A DNA stretch of 64,000 bases from Eledone cirrhosa (taxonomy: Eukaryota): NCBI GenBank assembly GCA_964016885.1, contig OZ024743.1, forward strand, positions 287,928,001 to 287,992,000, written 5' to 3'. The notes under the pieces are model-generated. The model was not told where the DNA came from. It ran no database searches and saw only the letters and a program-made list of their open reading frames with translations. Of this stretch, positions 45,995 through 63,357 are shown one piece after another. Positions within the stretch are counted from its first letter, which is position 1; every line of letters begins with the position of its first letter. Both the position numbers and the translations under genes were made by a program.

Positions 45995-46601
45995 TCAGGT
46001 CACCAGTTGGTGCTACTGGTAACATGTATCCCAGTACAACCTGTCTCATAGTCGGGTCATTGGCGACTAAACTGACAACCCCACCAAGGTTTCTTGGTGA
46101 GGAGGGGTGACTTTGGACATCCTGCAGGACTAAAAACAAAACCTGTCAAGGGCAAAGGAGCTCTTAAGAGTCAATGGCCACCCAAAATCACCGGGAGAGA
46201 TATCCCCTTAGCCTTTGTCAAGGCAGAATTCTAGGAGGAGGAAAGCTCTAATATAACACCTGCAAGCCTGATGGTATCCAATGATGTTGACTTGTTCTTC
46301 TTTTTGGTAAATATCATCTTGGTTAAGAGAGTGGGACTGGCTTTGTGCAGTGCCTTTGCTCGCTATAAAAGCTTCATGGCACAGGCATTGCTTTGTATCT
46401 GGAGATCTCTCTGCACTTGTCATCACATGGTACCATGGGCGCAGCACTATGTGTCAATAATTGTCACAAGTGTAGTGTTTGTACCAGATTTTTCAAGTCG
46501 CTGGCTGGTCTAAAAATCACACTTGTTCAGCGAATCGATAGGGGTTCTCCTACATGGATATAAAGTAGTGGCCGTACTCGAAAACGAGTTGGCAGCCATC
46601 A
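45995..46601 (+). mobile_element. Bipartite RTE-derived element, copy 2
   Basis: Closely matches 19179-19786; flanked by (TATG)n. Confidence 0.75.
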
Positions 46602-46617
46602 TGTACTTATGTATGTA

Positions 46618-47208
46618 TCAGGTCACCAGTTGGTGCTACTGGTAACATGTATCCAAGTACAACCTGTCTCATGGTCGCGTCGTTGGCGACTAAACTGGCA
46701 ACCCCACCAAGGTTTCTTGGTGAGGAGGGTGACTTTGGACATCCTGCAGGACTAAAAACAAAACCTGTCTAAGGACAAAGGGGCTCTTAAGAGTCAATGG
46801 CCATCCAAAATCACCGGGAGAGATGACCCCTTAGCCTTTGTCAAGGCAGAATTCTAGGAGAAGGAAAACTCTGATATAACACCTGAAACCCTGATGCTAT
46901 CCAATGATATTGACTTGTTCTTCTTTTTGGTAAATATCATCTTGGTTAAGAGAGTGGGACTGGCTTTGTGCAATGCCTTTGCTCACTATAAAAGCTTCAC
47001 GGCACAGGAGATCTCTCTGCACTTGTCGTCACATGGTTCCATGGGCCCAGCACTGTGTGTCAATAATTGTCACAGCTGTAGTGTTTGTACCAGAGTTTTC
47101 AAGTCGCTGGCTGGACTAAAAAGTCACACTCGTTCAGCGCATCGGTAGGGGTTCTCCTACATGGATATAAAGTAGTGCCCGTACTCGAAAACGAGTTGGC
47201 AGCCACCA
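46618..47208 (+). mobile_element. Bipartite RTE-derived element, copy 3 (tandem)
   Basis: Encodes CSVCTRVFKSLAGLKSHTRSAHR* at its 3' end and has a (TGTA)n tail. Confidence 0.75.
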
Positions 47209-47217
47209 TGTATGTAT

Positions 47218-48160
47218 GTTCTGGTTTTATAATTTTATAAATTACCAATAGAGAGATAGTCGGTTTCTAACAGATACAAGACTCTTTCATTGGAATTTAA
47301 ACATCAACTAGGTGGATATGTATGCATGTATGCATGCATATGTGCGCAGGTATGGATGTTATTGTAAGTGTGGATATTGTTATTGTAAGTGTGGTTTTGT
47401 TATTGTAAGTGTGGTTTTGAGTTGTATGTGTGCATCTGAATATGTTTTGTATCTGTACATGTGTACATGCAGTTATTACATGTAGAATTTTTGGAAAGTT
47501 TTATATATTTTAACTGTTCCATTAATGGACTGTACTTGTAATTTCCTAACTAGTCCTGATCTTTCTATTTCTGTGAAGCCCAGCTTCTCAAGATTTGTAT
47601 TGAGGCAGTTACTAACATATCCCAGTGCCCAAATAATCACAGGCATAAATCTGACGGTATAGTCAGCGTCGAATATCTGCAGATTTCTCATTAGCTCTAC
47701 ATAGATATCCTCCTGTTAATGGATTGTATTTGTAATTTCCAAATGTATGTATGCATGTATGTATGTATGTATGTATGTATGTATGTATGTATGTATGTAT
47801 GTATGTATGTATGTATGTATGTATGTATGTATGTATGTGTGTATTTATGTATGTATGTTCTGGTTTTATAATTTCACAAATTTTTACCAATAGAGAGAGA
47901 GAGTCGGTTTCTAACATAGACACAAGAGTCTCTCATTGGAATTTACACAACATCAACTAGGTACATTATGTATGTATGCATGCATGTGTAGATATGGATG
48001 TTATTGTATGTGTGGATGTGGATGCTTTGAGTTGTATGTGTGCATGTGTATATACTTTGCATCTGTACATGTGTATATGCAGTTATTAGATTAAAAAAGT
48101 TTTGGAATGTTTTACATATTTTTACTGTTCCATTAATGGATTGTATTTGTAATTTCCAAA
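47218..48160 (-). mobile_element. Tandem 3' stubs of a second R4-like family separated by (CATA)n
   Basis: MRNLQ..Y..RFMPVII.ALG...LEKLGF..LVRKLQ..SINGTVKI.KTF C-terminus. The 3' UTR is repeated at 47218-47475 and 47857-48085. Confidence 0.75.
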
Positions 48161-48556
48161 TGTATGTATGTATGTATGTATGTATGTATGTATGTATGTA
48201 TGTATGTATGTATGTATGTATGTCAGAATATGGACTGTACCCATAACTTAAAAGGCCAGCCTTGTCACTCAGTGTCACGCTGAATCTTCCTGAGAAGTAC
48301 GTTAAATGTATATTATCTGTATATTCGTTGCTGTTTGTATTGTTATCAATTTAAACACAGACTCAAAGGTTCATAATCACACCCATACATATATCAATAC
48401 GTACAGTATACACACACCATAAAACATATATATATATACATATAAACTTACATAAATGTGCAGATATCTCACATATCTAGACAAGAATACGTACGTGCAC
48501 ACCTATGGGCATGCATTTACTCTGTGCCCATATATATATCCAGGCTTGTTTACATA

Positions 48557-48645
<89 letters not shown>

Positions 48646-49175
48646 ACACACTCTCTCTCTCACACATAAGCATGGTCCCGTAATTCCTGATGGAGTTGCT
48701 GGGGCGCTGTAGTGGTTTACTGCATTTTTAGGGCATTTTAAGCCCGGTGGAGTCCAACCCTCCCCATACACACATACAAAACAAAACAAAAAATCATTTA
48801 TATATGAGTCTCTCTCTCTCTATCTAAGTATATACATATATATTTATACTTACGTACATGCATATATACACACGCACAGACTCACATACGCACACTCATA
48901 TATATATATGAATATATATGTGAACATTTATATATATATATATACATACTGAAACACACACATACACGTACACACACACACACATATATACGTACGCTTA
49001 AGATAAGACGGTGTTAAAATCCGGATATTTAACTGCTGCATCCCCTCTTATCTCGCACTATACCACCTGCCCAACCATACATTTTTGGTATTCAGGCACA
49101 CAGGCGTCTCCATGTCATTGGGAAGCTTATGCAGCTTCATACACACACATACACACATTCATACTCACACACATA

Positions 49176-49232
<57 letters not shown>

Positions 49233-49370
49233 AGAGAGGGGTATAATCCCGAACGTGGTGGGTGCCAAGCGGTTTGGGCTTGTGTGTTTAGCAATCTTTT
49301 TAATATTTGTGCGTGTGTGTGTGTGTGTGTGTTTGTCTGTTTGTGTGTCTGTGTGTGTGTGTGTGTTTGT

Positions 49371-49440
<70 letters not shown>

Positions 49441-49451
49441 GTTTGTGAAGG

Positions 49452-49769
49452 AACGCGGCTTAGTGGTTAAGGTACTCGGTTCACGATTGTAAAGTCGTGC
49501 GTTTCATTCCCGGCGGCGCGTCGTGTCATTGGGCAAGTCACTTTATTTCACGTTGCCCTTGTCAACTCAGCTAACATAAATGAGTTGTGCTTGTAACTCG
49601 AACAGCCAGCCTCATCACACTCTGGGTCACGTTGAATCTCTCTGAGAATTATGTAAAGGGTTTGTGTGTCTTTGGAGTGCTGAGCCACTTGCACGTTAAT
49701 TTAAACGAGCAGGCTATTCCACTGATCATATCAACTGGAACACTCTTCGTCGTAACTGAAGGCCTACCA

Positions 49770-49770
<1 letters not shown>
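49452..49770 (+). mobile_element. tRNA-derived SINE (second family)
   Basis: A box GGCTTAGTGG, degenerate B box, GTGTC.TTGGGCAAG.CACTTTA body. A partial match occurs at 48245-48310. Confidence 0.7.
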
Positions 49771-49846
<76 letters not shown>

Positions 49847-50372
49847 CATATATAAATATAAACTATATTTTTTAAACGATATACAAAGGTATAACAATTG
49901 AGAAACCAACTAGCATTTAATATCTATATACATATATAACAAATATTTAAATATAAATTTAGGTGTTAAAGAAAAACATTAATGACATATAGATGATGTT
50001 ATATTTAAAAGGCCTTAGACAGATCTGTTTCTGACAATCAGAGAATATTGAATGTTCACCATTGATTAGAGTTATTATTATCAATCATCAATTATTAATT
50101 AAGGTGAACATCAATCAAAACTATAATTCTATTCGTCAGCATATTTAAAAGACACACATATATATATCGCTGTATTAACATTCTAGTCTCTACCCTTGGG
50201 AAAAATTATTTAAATGTTTTCACGTGTTGTAATTATAGCGTAAAATAGAAGGGTAGGTAAACGGGATAGGGTTTAAGGAGTGCTAGAAAGAGATTCTATT
50301 TCAGTCAACTCATAACTATTTTACAGGAATTAGGGGAGTCGTAGTGATATACAGTGTTTCTGAAACATTTTA

Positions 50373-50944
50373 CAGCGTTCCTTTGTCAGCGTTCCTTTGT
50401 CAGTGTTGAACAAAAGAGCAACGATGGTTGCTAGACACTACGGCTTAATTCGGGATGTTTGTTTACAAACACACCGAGTATTATAATAAATGTTCGGTGA
50501 ATCCATACGTACATATATATATATATGTGTGCATGTATGTATATATATATATACATACTACTGTACGTCTGTATACATATATGTATGTACGTATACATAC
50601 TTATATTTAAGTAACAGCCGTACTTGGAGTGAGAAATAAAATTTCGTTTCATTTTTTCCGTTTATCGTTTTCGGTACGCCCGGTCGATTAACTCACTCGA
50701 TATGCAAATTAGGCTGCTTAGCCGTTAATATGCATAAGGAAAGTATATACTTTCAGACGTTCAACCGTCTGGCAAGAAGGTATACGTTGCTGACGATAGC
50801 TAATAAGCTTGAAACTAGTACAGCGTTCCTTTGTCAGTGTTAAACAAAAGAGCAACGATGGTTGCTAGACACTGAACGGCTTAATTCAGGATGTTTGTTT
50901 ACAAATACACCGAGCATTATAATAAATGTTCGGTGAATCCATAC

Positions 50945-50987
<43 letters not shown>

Positions 50988-51398
50988 CATGTATGTATAT
51001 ATATATACATACTACTGTATGTCTGTATACATATATGTATGTACGTATACATACTTATATTTAAGTAACAGCCGTACTAAGTGTGAGAAATGAAATTTCG
51101 TTTCATTTTTTCCGTTTATCGTTTTCGGTACGCCCGGTCGATTAACTCACTCGATATGCAAATTAGGCTGCTTAGCCGTTAATATGCATAAGGAAAGTAT
51201 ATACTTTCAGACGTTCAACCGTCTGGCAAGAAGGTATACGTTGCTGACGATAGCTAATAAGCTTGAAACTAGTACAGCGTTCCTTTGTCAGTGTTAAACA
51301 AAAGAGCAACGGTGGTTGCTAGACACTGAACGGCTTAATTCAGGATGTTTGTTTACAAATACACCGAGCATTATAATAAATGTTCGGTGAATCCATAC

Positions 51399-51435
<37 letters not shown>

Positions 51436-51846
51436 CATGTATGTATATATATATACATACTACTGTATGTCTGTATACATATATGTATGTACGTATACAT
51501 ACTTATATTTAAGTAACAGCCGTACTAAGTGTGAGAAATGAAATTTCGTTTCATTTTTTCCGTTTATCGTTTTCGGTACGCCCGGTCGATTAACTCACTC
51601 GATATGCAAATTAGGCTGCTTAGCCGTTAATATGCATAAGGAAAGTATATACTTTCAGACGTTCAACCGTCTGGCAAGAAGGTATACGTTGCTGACGATA
51701 GCTAATAAGCTTGAAACTAGTACAGCGTTCCTTTGTCAGTGTTAAACAAAAGAGCAACGGTGGTTGCTAGACACTGAACGGCTTAATTCAGGATGTTTGT
51801 TTACAAATACACCGAGCATTATAATAAATGTTCGGTGAATCCATAC

Positions 51847-51885
<39 letters not shown>

Positions 51886-52296
51886 CATGTATGTATATAT
51901 ATATACATACTACTGTATGTCTGTATACATATATGTATGTACGTATACATACTTATATTTAAGTAACAGCCGTACTAAGTGTGAGAAATGAAATTTCGTT
52001 TCATTTTTTCCGTTTATCGTTTTCGGTACGCCCGGTCGATTAACTCACTCGATATGCAAATTAGGCTGCTTAGCCGTTAATATGCATAAGGAAAGTATAT
52101 ACTTTCAGACGTTCAACCGTCTGGCAAGAAGGTATACGTTGCTGACGATAGCTAATAAGCTTGAAACTAGTACAGCGTTCCTTTGTCAGTGTTAAACAAA
52201 AGAGCAACGATGGTTGCTAGACACTGAACGGCTTAATTCAGGATGTTTGTTTACAAATACACCGAGCATTATAATAAATGTTCGGTGAATCCATAC

Positions 52297-52338
<42 letters not shown>

Positions 52339-52748
52339 ATGTATGTATATATATATACATACTACTGTATGTCTGTATACATATATGTATGTACGTATAC
52401 ATACTTATATTTAAGTAACAGCCGTACTAAGTGTGAGAAATGAAATTTCGTTTCATTTTTTCCGTTTATCGTTTTCGGTACGCCCGGTCGATTAACTCAC
52501 TCGATATGCAAATTAGGCTGCTTAGCCGTTAATATGCATAAGGAAAGTATATACTTTCAGACGTTCAACCGTCTGGCAAGAAGGTATACGTTGCTGACGA
52601 TAGCTAATAAGCTTGAAACTAGTACAGCGTTCCTTTGTCAGTGTTAAACAAAAGAGCAACGGTGGTTGCTAGACACTGAACGGCTTAATTCAGGATGTTT
52701 GTTTACAAATACACCGAGCATTATAATAAATGTTCGGTGAATCCATAC

Positions 52749-52787
<39 letters not shown>

Positions 52788-53642
52788 CATGTATGTATAT
52801 ATATATACATACTACTGTATGTCTGTATACATATATGTATGTACGTATACATACTTATATTTAAGTAACAGCCGTACTAAGTGTGAGAAATGAAATTTCG
52901 TTTCATTTTTTCCGTTTATCGTTTTCGGTACGCCCGGTCGATTAACTCACTCGATATGCAAATTAGGCTGCTTAGCCGTTAATATGCATAAGGAAAGTAT
53001 ATACTTTCAGACGTTCAACCGTCTGGCAAGAAGGTATACGTTGCTGACGATAGCTAATAAGCTTGAAACTAGTACAGCGTTCCTTTGTCAGTGTTAAACA
53101 AAAGAGCAACGGTGGTTGCTAGACACTGAACGGCTTAATTCAGGATGTTTGTTTACAAATACACCGAGCATTATAATAAATGTTCGGTGAATCCATACGT
53201 ACATATATATATATATATATATATATGTGTGCATGTATGTATATATATATACATACTACTGTATGTCTGTATACATATATGTATGTACGTATACATACTT
53301 ATATTTAAGTAACAGCCGTACTAAGTGTGAGAAATGAAATTTCGTTTCATTTTTTCCGTTTATCGTTTTCGGTACGCCCGGTCGATTAACTCACTCGATA
53401 TGCAAATTAGGCTGCTTAGCCGTTAATATGCATAAGGAAAGTATATACTTTCAGACGTTCAACCGTCTGGCAAGAAGGTATACGTTGCTGACGATAGCTA
53501 ATAAGCTTGAAACTAGTACAGCGTTCCTTTGTCAGTGTTAAACAAAAGAGCAACGGTGGTTGCTAGACACTGAACGGCTTAATTCAGGATGTTTGTTTAC
53601 AAATACACCGAGCATTATAATAAATGTTCGGTGAATCCATAC

Positions 53643-53679
<37 letters not shown>

Positions 53680-53806
53680 CATGTATGTATATATATATAC
53701 ATACTACTGTATGTCTGTATACATATATGTATGTACGTATACATACTTATATTTAAGTAACAGCCGTACTAAGTGTGAGAAATGAAATTTCGTTTCATTT
53801 TTTCCG
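50373..53806 (+). mobile_element. Tandem array of a non-coding ~450-bp hammerhead-containing unit (retrozyme-like, member B); ~7.6 units, 7 HHRs
   Basis: Predicted cleavage sites lie after 50820, 51274, 51722, 52172, 52624, 53074 and 53518 (spacing 444-454, varying by internal (TA)n). The array starts at the cleavage-site sequence and ends in (TA)n. Confidence 0.9.
50784..50826 (+). ncRNA. Minimal type I hammerhead (GUA triplet); identical copies start at 51238, 51686, 52136, 52588, 53038, 53482
   Basis: acgttg-CTGACGA-t agct aata agct t-GAAA-ctag-TA-cagcgt. Palindromic CUAG loop III; U.U mismatch at 10.1-11.1. Confidence 0.85.
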
Positions 53807-53824
53807 CTTATATATATATATATA

Positions 53825-55476
53825 ACGAAGGAAGTGTGGTAAAGAACCAGATGGACCATAACGCACCTGGGTACTCAATACTTAGGGTAGTAGAGTGGGT
53901 AATAGGAAAATGTTTAACCCCGACGGCAGAGCTCAAGCCGTTTGGACGGCTATTTCTAGACTAAATTAGAATTTTTAGCGTGGTACTAAATAGCCGAACT
54001 TTTCAAGTGGTAATTCCTTATAGGGGAAGATTGTAGTTGTCAAAAGGATTGGTCAAAATTTTCTTGTAAAGACAATTAAATCTTTCATGGCAGTGGGTGG
54101 GAGGTGGGGTGGCTGAACTTGCCTGTAGAACAATGAGGGAGTGGATTGGGCCGGTGAAGCGTTGAAAGTAAATTCTATACAGCAAATTCTAAAGAGTGTG
54201 TATGAAATTAGGCTAGGTAGAAAGCAGGCGAAAAAGAATTCTGTAGGAATCTGAGAGTTGACGTTATAAAATTAAATGGTTAATAAATTGTGATTAAAAG
54301 ATAATAAATAAAAATGATAAAAAAAATTAAATAGTAAAAAATAATAAAAAATCTCTAGAGTGTAAAGAAGCTGCTATATTTTTAGCTGGTATTGCGTTTT
54401 CGGCCAATGCTATATAGAATTTACTGGGGTGGGGGTACTGAGGCTACAAAAGCACGATGGGTTGCCTCAGAGTAGGCGAAAGAGGAAAAAGGAAAAGGAA
54501 GAGGAGAGGGAGTGGAAGGAAGTGATAAGAAGAGATAAAGGGAAAAAGAAAAGAAGTGCATCTACCTATGTATGCTGGGGTTTCCCCTATCTTGTTCGGC
54601 AAGTGGGGAAAAGAAGGATGTTGCAGCCATTGTCTACCCGCCCGGGTCATGAAGGGGTTTGAGGGCGAGGTAAGTGCTATCGGTGTTTACATGCAGTTAC
54701 AAGTTCGTCTTTTTTGTTTAGGAGTTGGTCCTTCGTAAACAACATTTGTATTGTTTCTTCCGAGCATAATTTACACGGACGGCGTCCTCCCGTGTAGGAG
54801 TTAGCCCTGGACAGTAAGCTCCAAGTAAGATTGTATGTTATGTTATTATCTTGGAGGTCCCAGATGTGACCCGAAAGTGTAGTGGCATGTCGCCGGGCCG
54901 GGTTTCGGAACGTATGTCGGTGTTGGTAGAGCCGGGTGTTAAAGTCACAAGCGGTTAATCCTATATAGGCTTTGTTGGAGTTTTCCGTCCTCACGTTGCA
55001 TTGGTAGATCACGTTACGTCCTCGGCATCTGTTGTTGAGGGGGCACGTAGATCTATCAGGGAAGTTACACCTACTGGTCGGCTCTCCACTAATGTCAGGT
55101 TGTTTCTTCCATAGGAGTTGAGTTTCTTGTTGTTTGAGGAGGCGATGTTTTGTACGAAGTTGGGTGTGGTGCTGTAGGAGAGTTTGATAATGTTTTTGTT
55201 GATTATATTGTGGTAGCAGTGTTGTGGTGGGAAGTGTTTTTCGAGCAGCCTAAAGAAGATTTTCCCGATAGGTGTTGCCACCTCGGCATTGTGGGGAGGG
55301 TTGAACCACATAACTTGGCGTGAGCAGCGACGTCGCCTGCTGGTTCCGCTACGGGAAACTGGATAAAAGGAGATTTCCTCCCGAAAGCCGCTTTGCTTGA
55401 GGGCCTGGTTGTAATAAGGCGCATGTTCATCGAATATCTGTTAATTAGCGGACAAACGAGATATGCGGAGGGAGAT

Positions 55477-55480
<4 letters not shown>
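53825..55480 (-). mobile_element. 5'-truncated Penelope-like element (GIY-YIG with CxxC/CxH) flanked by (TA)n
   Basis: WFNPP, KHFP, IKLSYSTTPN, IYQC..AYIGLT..F..RL..H, CKLC.EE, LLNKKDELV..CKH. Confidence 0.88.
53917..54011 (-). ncRNA. Degenerate U3-A8 variant hammerhead in a Penelope 3' UTR
   Basis: accac-TTGAAAA-gttcggctattt...aaatagccgtc-cAAAC-ggc ttgagctct gcc-GTC-ggggt. G12 is mutated to C and stem I has one mismatch. Confidence 0.5.
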
Positions 55481-55575
<95 letters not shown>

Positions 55576-55944
55576 CATGTATATATATGCGCATTACACC
55601 CTCACAATAAATACATAAATACATTAAGATAGTTTCAATGCAAGAGATTGTAACACTCGCGTTATTAGCTACACCACCATGAAATTGCACGCAAGCAACA
55701 CACAGACGTGCTCAGATACACGTATACATACATGCATATAAACAGATAAACACAACTAAAATAAAACAAGATATAACAAGAGTAGAAATCACAAAAGTAG
55801 CAGCAGCATCAGAAGCAGCAGAGGCACCAGAAGCAACAAAATACCTAAATTTTATTTAACCGGGTCTTACATTCCATAACGTAACAGCTTCAAATGAAAA
55901 ACCTTTAGATGATAGTGTTGTGATAGGCACTTTAAAGATTAGTG

Positions 55945-59870
<3,926 letters not shown>

Positions 59871-60661
59871 ATCAAATAAGGAATATATTTACCTACGTGT
59901 ATATCATCAACCGTTGTCAAAAGCAATGAAAATTTTATTCAAAATCAATAAGTAAATTGAGTTCTATGACCTTATTTGGAGGTAGCTGAAGAACAAACCA
60001 ATCAAATGGTTTTTTCTTATATGATGTTAAGATGAAATATAACTCACTTTAGTTGAGGTCATGACCCTTTGAAAGGAATGGTTGAATGGTGTTAAAAATA
60101 GAATTACTATAAAGAACCTACGAAGAAAAGGGATTGTTATATTGATAGTGGAGTGAAGTTTCAAAAGGGATGTAAAAATTAAATGTTGAGTTGTGTTGTA
60201 TGAAATTTTTAGGTGAACATAAATAAGTAAATATAAAATATACGGAAATAACTAGGATAAATATAGATAGGTAAAGTAATGGTCATAACTAGGAAGGATA
60301 GTATATTAAAAGATGAAAATTATAATAAGATAATAAAATATAATAATATAATAATATAATATAATGTAATATAATATAGTACAGTATAGTACATTATATA
60401 TAGTATAATATAGTATAATATAGCGTATGATGCATCATAAAATATAAAATAGTAAATATTTTCAAGTGGGTCTATGTATAAGTAATCAAACTCAGATAAA
60501 TGCATGTTGACATATAGTCAAAACGCATAATTTTCTTAGATCACAAAAGTACATATATTCACATATATAGATAGAGGTATAATTACACTGATACTCCATT
60601 AGAAACATACATACGCATACATAGATATAATCATATACATATACATACATACACGCACACA

Positions 60662-60697
<36 letters not shown>

Positions 60698-61414
60698 CAC
60701 ACACTTATACATACATATATACATGTACACACACATATATGTACATACACATATACACACACATACACATACACACACATATATATATACACATATATAT
60801 ATATTCTCTTATCATACATACATAGATACATGTATACCCATACAATTACAGGTGGTTATGTACCTTGATGCCCTTAGTCAGTAACGCATGAATCAATGAA
60901 AGCTAAAATATTAAAAAGTTAAAAAATATAAAAATAAACAGGAAGGTGTATAATTAGGAGAAGGGGATACTAACAAAAAGGTACGTCACATAGAACTATA
61001 GTGAGTTGCTATTTAGAATGTTTAATAGGTTTATAGTACTTAAATGTTTTTCGTATACGGTGATTACAAGCTATAATCAGTTCCTGTCTTTTATTCAATA
61101 AACCGTCCTTAGATTTAGTAATTTCCAAGATCTCCCCGGAACATAATCTGCATTCTCTCCTGTTCCCAAGATATGGAGTTCTTTGCAGAATGGTATCCCA
61201 TGATAGCTTGAAATCTATTTTTTTTCTTTTTATAGTTATTTACTGCTTCAACTAAAGATGTGGTGTTAGCTAGTTTAGTATTGTTAAAGCTGTTGGAGTG
61301 TGCGTAATATCTTTTCTTAAATGTGTTCGATGTAGATCCTATATATGTTTTGTTGGAGTCAGTAGTAGACACAGTGCATTTATATATTACATTATTTAAG
61401 GATTGTAACGTAAT

Positions 61415-61504
<90 letters not shown>

Positions 61505-61521
61505 GGGATTGTAACGTTATT

Positions 61522-61594
<73 letters not shown>

Positions 61595-61599
<5 letters not shown>

Positions 61600-63125
61600 A
61601 TACTTGGGGAGGGTCATATTTGTGTAATATTGCAAGAATCAATAACAGAACACACTCACTGTTTGGTTGGTTTTCGCTTCTCGCTTCTGTGTCTTTTATA
61701 TCGGTAATCTAACTTACTCGGTCCTCAATGTTGCCATTGACTGACCGACGGTCAAAAATAATACAGATACAATATAGACACAGACACATATATATAGTTT
61801 ATCATAAATCTTTCGTTGCACATCTGCAACATCGTCAGTGGTGCTATCTTTTCCTCCTGTTGTATTGTATGTCTACGCCATTTTTATTCAGTCTGTCTAT
61901 ATATTTATTTATTTATTTGCTTGTTTGTTTATTTTATTTTGTCTTCTTTGCGCATGCGTTTGCGTGTGTGTATAGTGTTTTGTTTGCTGTGTGATGGGTG
62001 ACTAGAGTGTGTTTATGTGCTTTTTGTTATTGTGCTTGTGTATGTATTTATTTATTTATTTATTTATTTATTTATTTTATTTACTTATTTATACTTCTCT
62101 TAGGTCAATGTTGTTTGTTTGGGTGTTGTTGTTATTCCATTCATTCTTTCTGTTTAGTCTTGGTCTTCTAATTTCTATTTCACTGGCCTCTCTGATTTGC
62201 CTATCTGCTGGGTCATTTCTATGTTTAGATATTATTCTAATTTCTATGTTGTCTATGTTACCGTCATGTTGTTGTCTAGCATGTTCGTATAGTACTGACC
62301 CGTTTTTTCGTCCTTTTAGTTCCCCCCAGTGTTGGTCTATCCTTTCACCTATGCTACGAGCTGTCTCGCCTATGTATGTTGTTGTCATGTTTCTGCAAGT
62401 ACCCTCTGTACATCTTATGCTATAGACTACGTTTCTAGTTTTACAGTTTATCCGGGGGTTTACCTTACATATGATACATTTCCTATTGGTGCAGTGGGTT
62501 TTCTTAAAAGGGTAGGTTTTGCTAATCAGGGATTTTATGGTGGTTCCTGGCTTTTCTACCACCTTAATTTTTAAGTGGGTCTTTCTCAGGGCCTTTCTAC
62601 ACTGGTTAGCTAATTTCCCTCCAGGGGTAGCGTCCATAAACATGACACTCTGGTATCTCTGGTTGTCGTACCATGAGGTGGCTTTCCCTATCTTATGTCT
62701 AGCCCTATCTAAGCTATTCCATGATTTGCTCCTGTATAATGGGCAAATTCCTTTCATGTCCAGTTCTATGAGGGTCTTATACTTCTCCATGGCTCCTTCG
62801 TATACTCTGACTCTGTCTCTTTGGTTGTAGCCAGTGAACTGCATGCGGTTGATGAAGTGTTGGATGTGTCTTTCCATTTCTGTTGGGTCGCACATGCGGG
62901 ACACATTCTTCATCACTCGTACCAAATCTGCGATCAGAATATTAAACTTAGCACTACTGGACATTGCTGAGTTTTTGAGTATCAGGTATTTGGAGGCCAT
63001 GGGTTTAGCATAGTGTGAGTGGAGAATTTGGGCTCTCTCGTCTATAGTGTTAATCCAGAGTTCTGTGTCTAATACAGGAAGTCTATTGTTAGGGTGTTTG
63101 GAAGGGAAGTCGATAGTTACAGTTA
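61595..63125 (-). mobile_element. 5'-truncated Penelope-like element (RT thumb + GIY-YIG, Nematis/Neptune-like) with pLTR HHR at 61795-61847
   Basis: ORF 62089-63180: LPVLD, HYAKPMAS, C..C..C linker, NVVYSIRC...C..YIGETARS..ER..QH, RQIREA..I..PRLN..NEW. HHR: CTGACGA-t-gttgca gatg tgcaac-GAAA-gatt-TA. Confidence 0.9.
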
Positions 63126-63180
63126 TACAAGTATAACAATATTTGTTTCGACACACGATTTCATATAAAAAACCTCGCAA

Positions 63181-63227
<47 letters not shown>

Positions 63228-63298
63228 TATATGTATATATATATATATTACGAGACCGGGGAATCTACAAATCAAGAGAGTACTCTCTCTCTCTCCCT

Positions 63299-63357
<59 letters not shown>

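Noticed and set aside
48670-48765. Twister-like words GGTCCC and AAGCCCGG
   Set aside because: They lie ~65 nt apart with no P1/P2 fit. The region resembles the repeat at 36905-36955.
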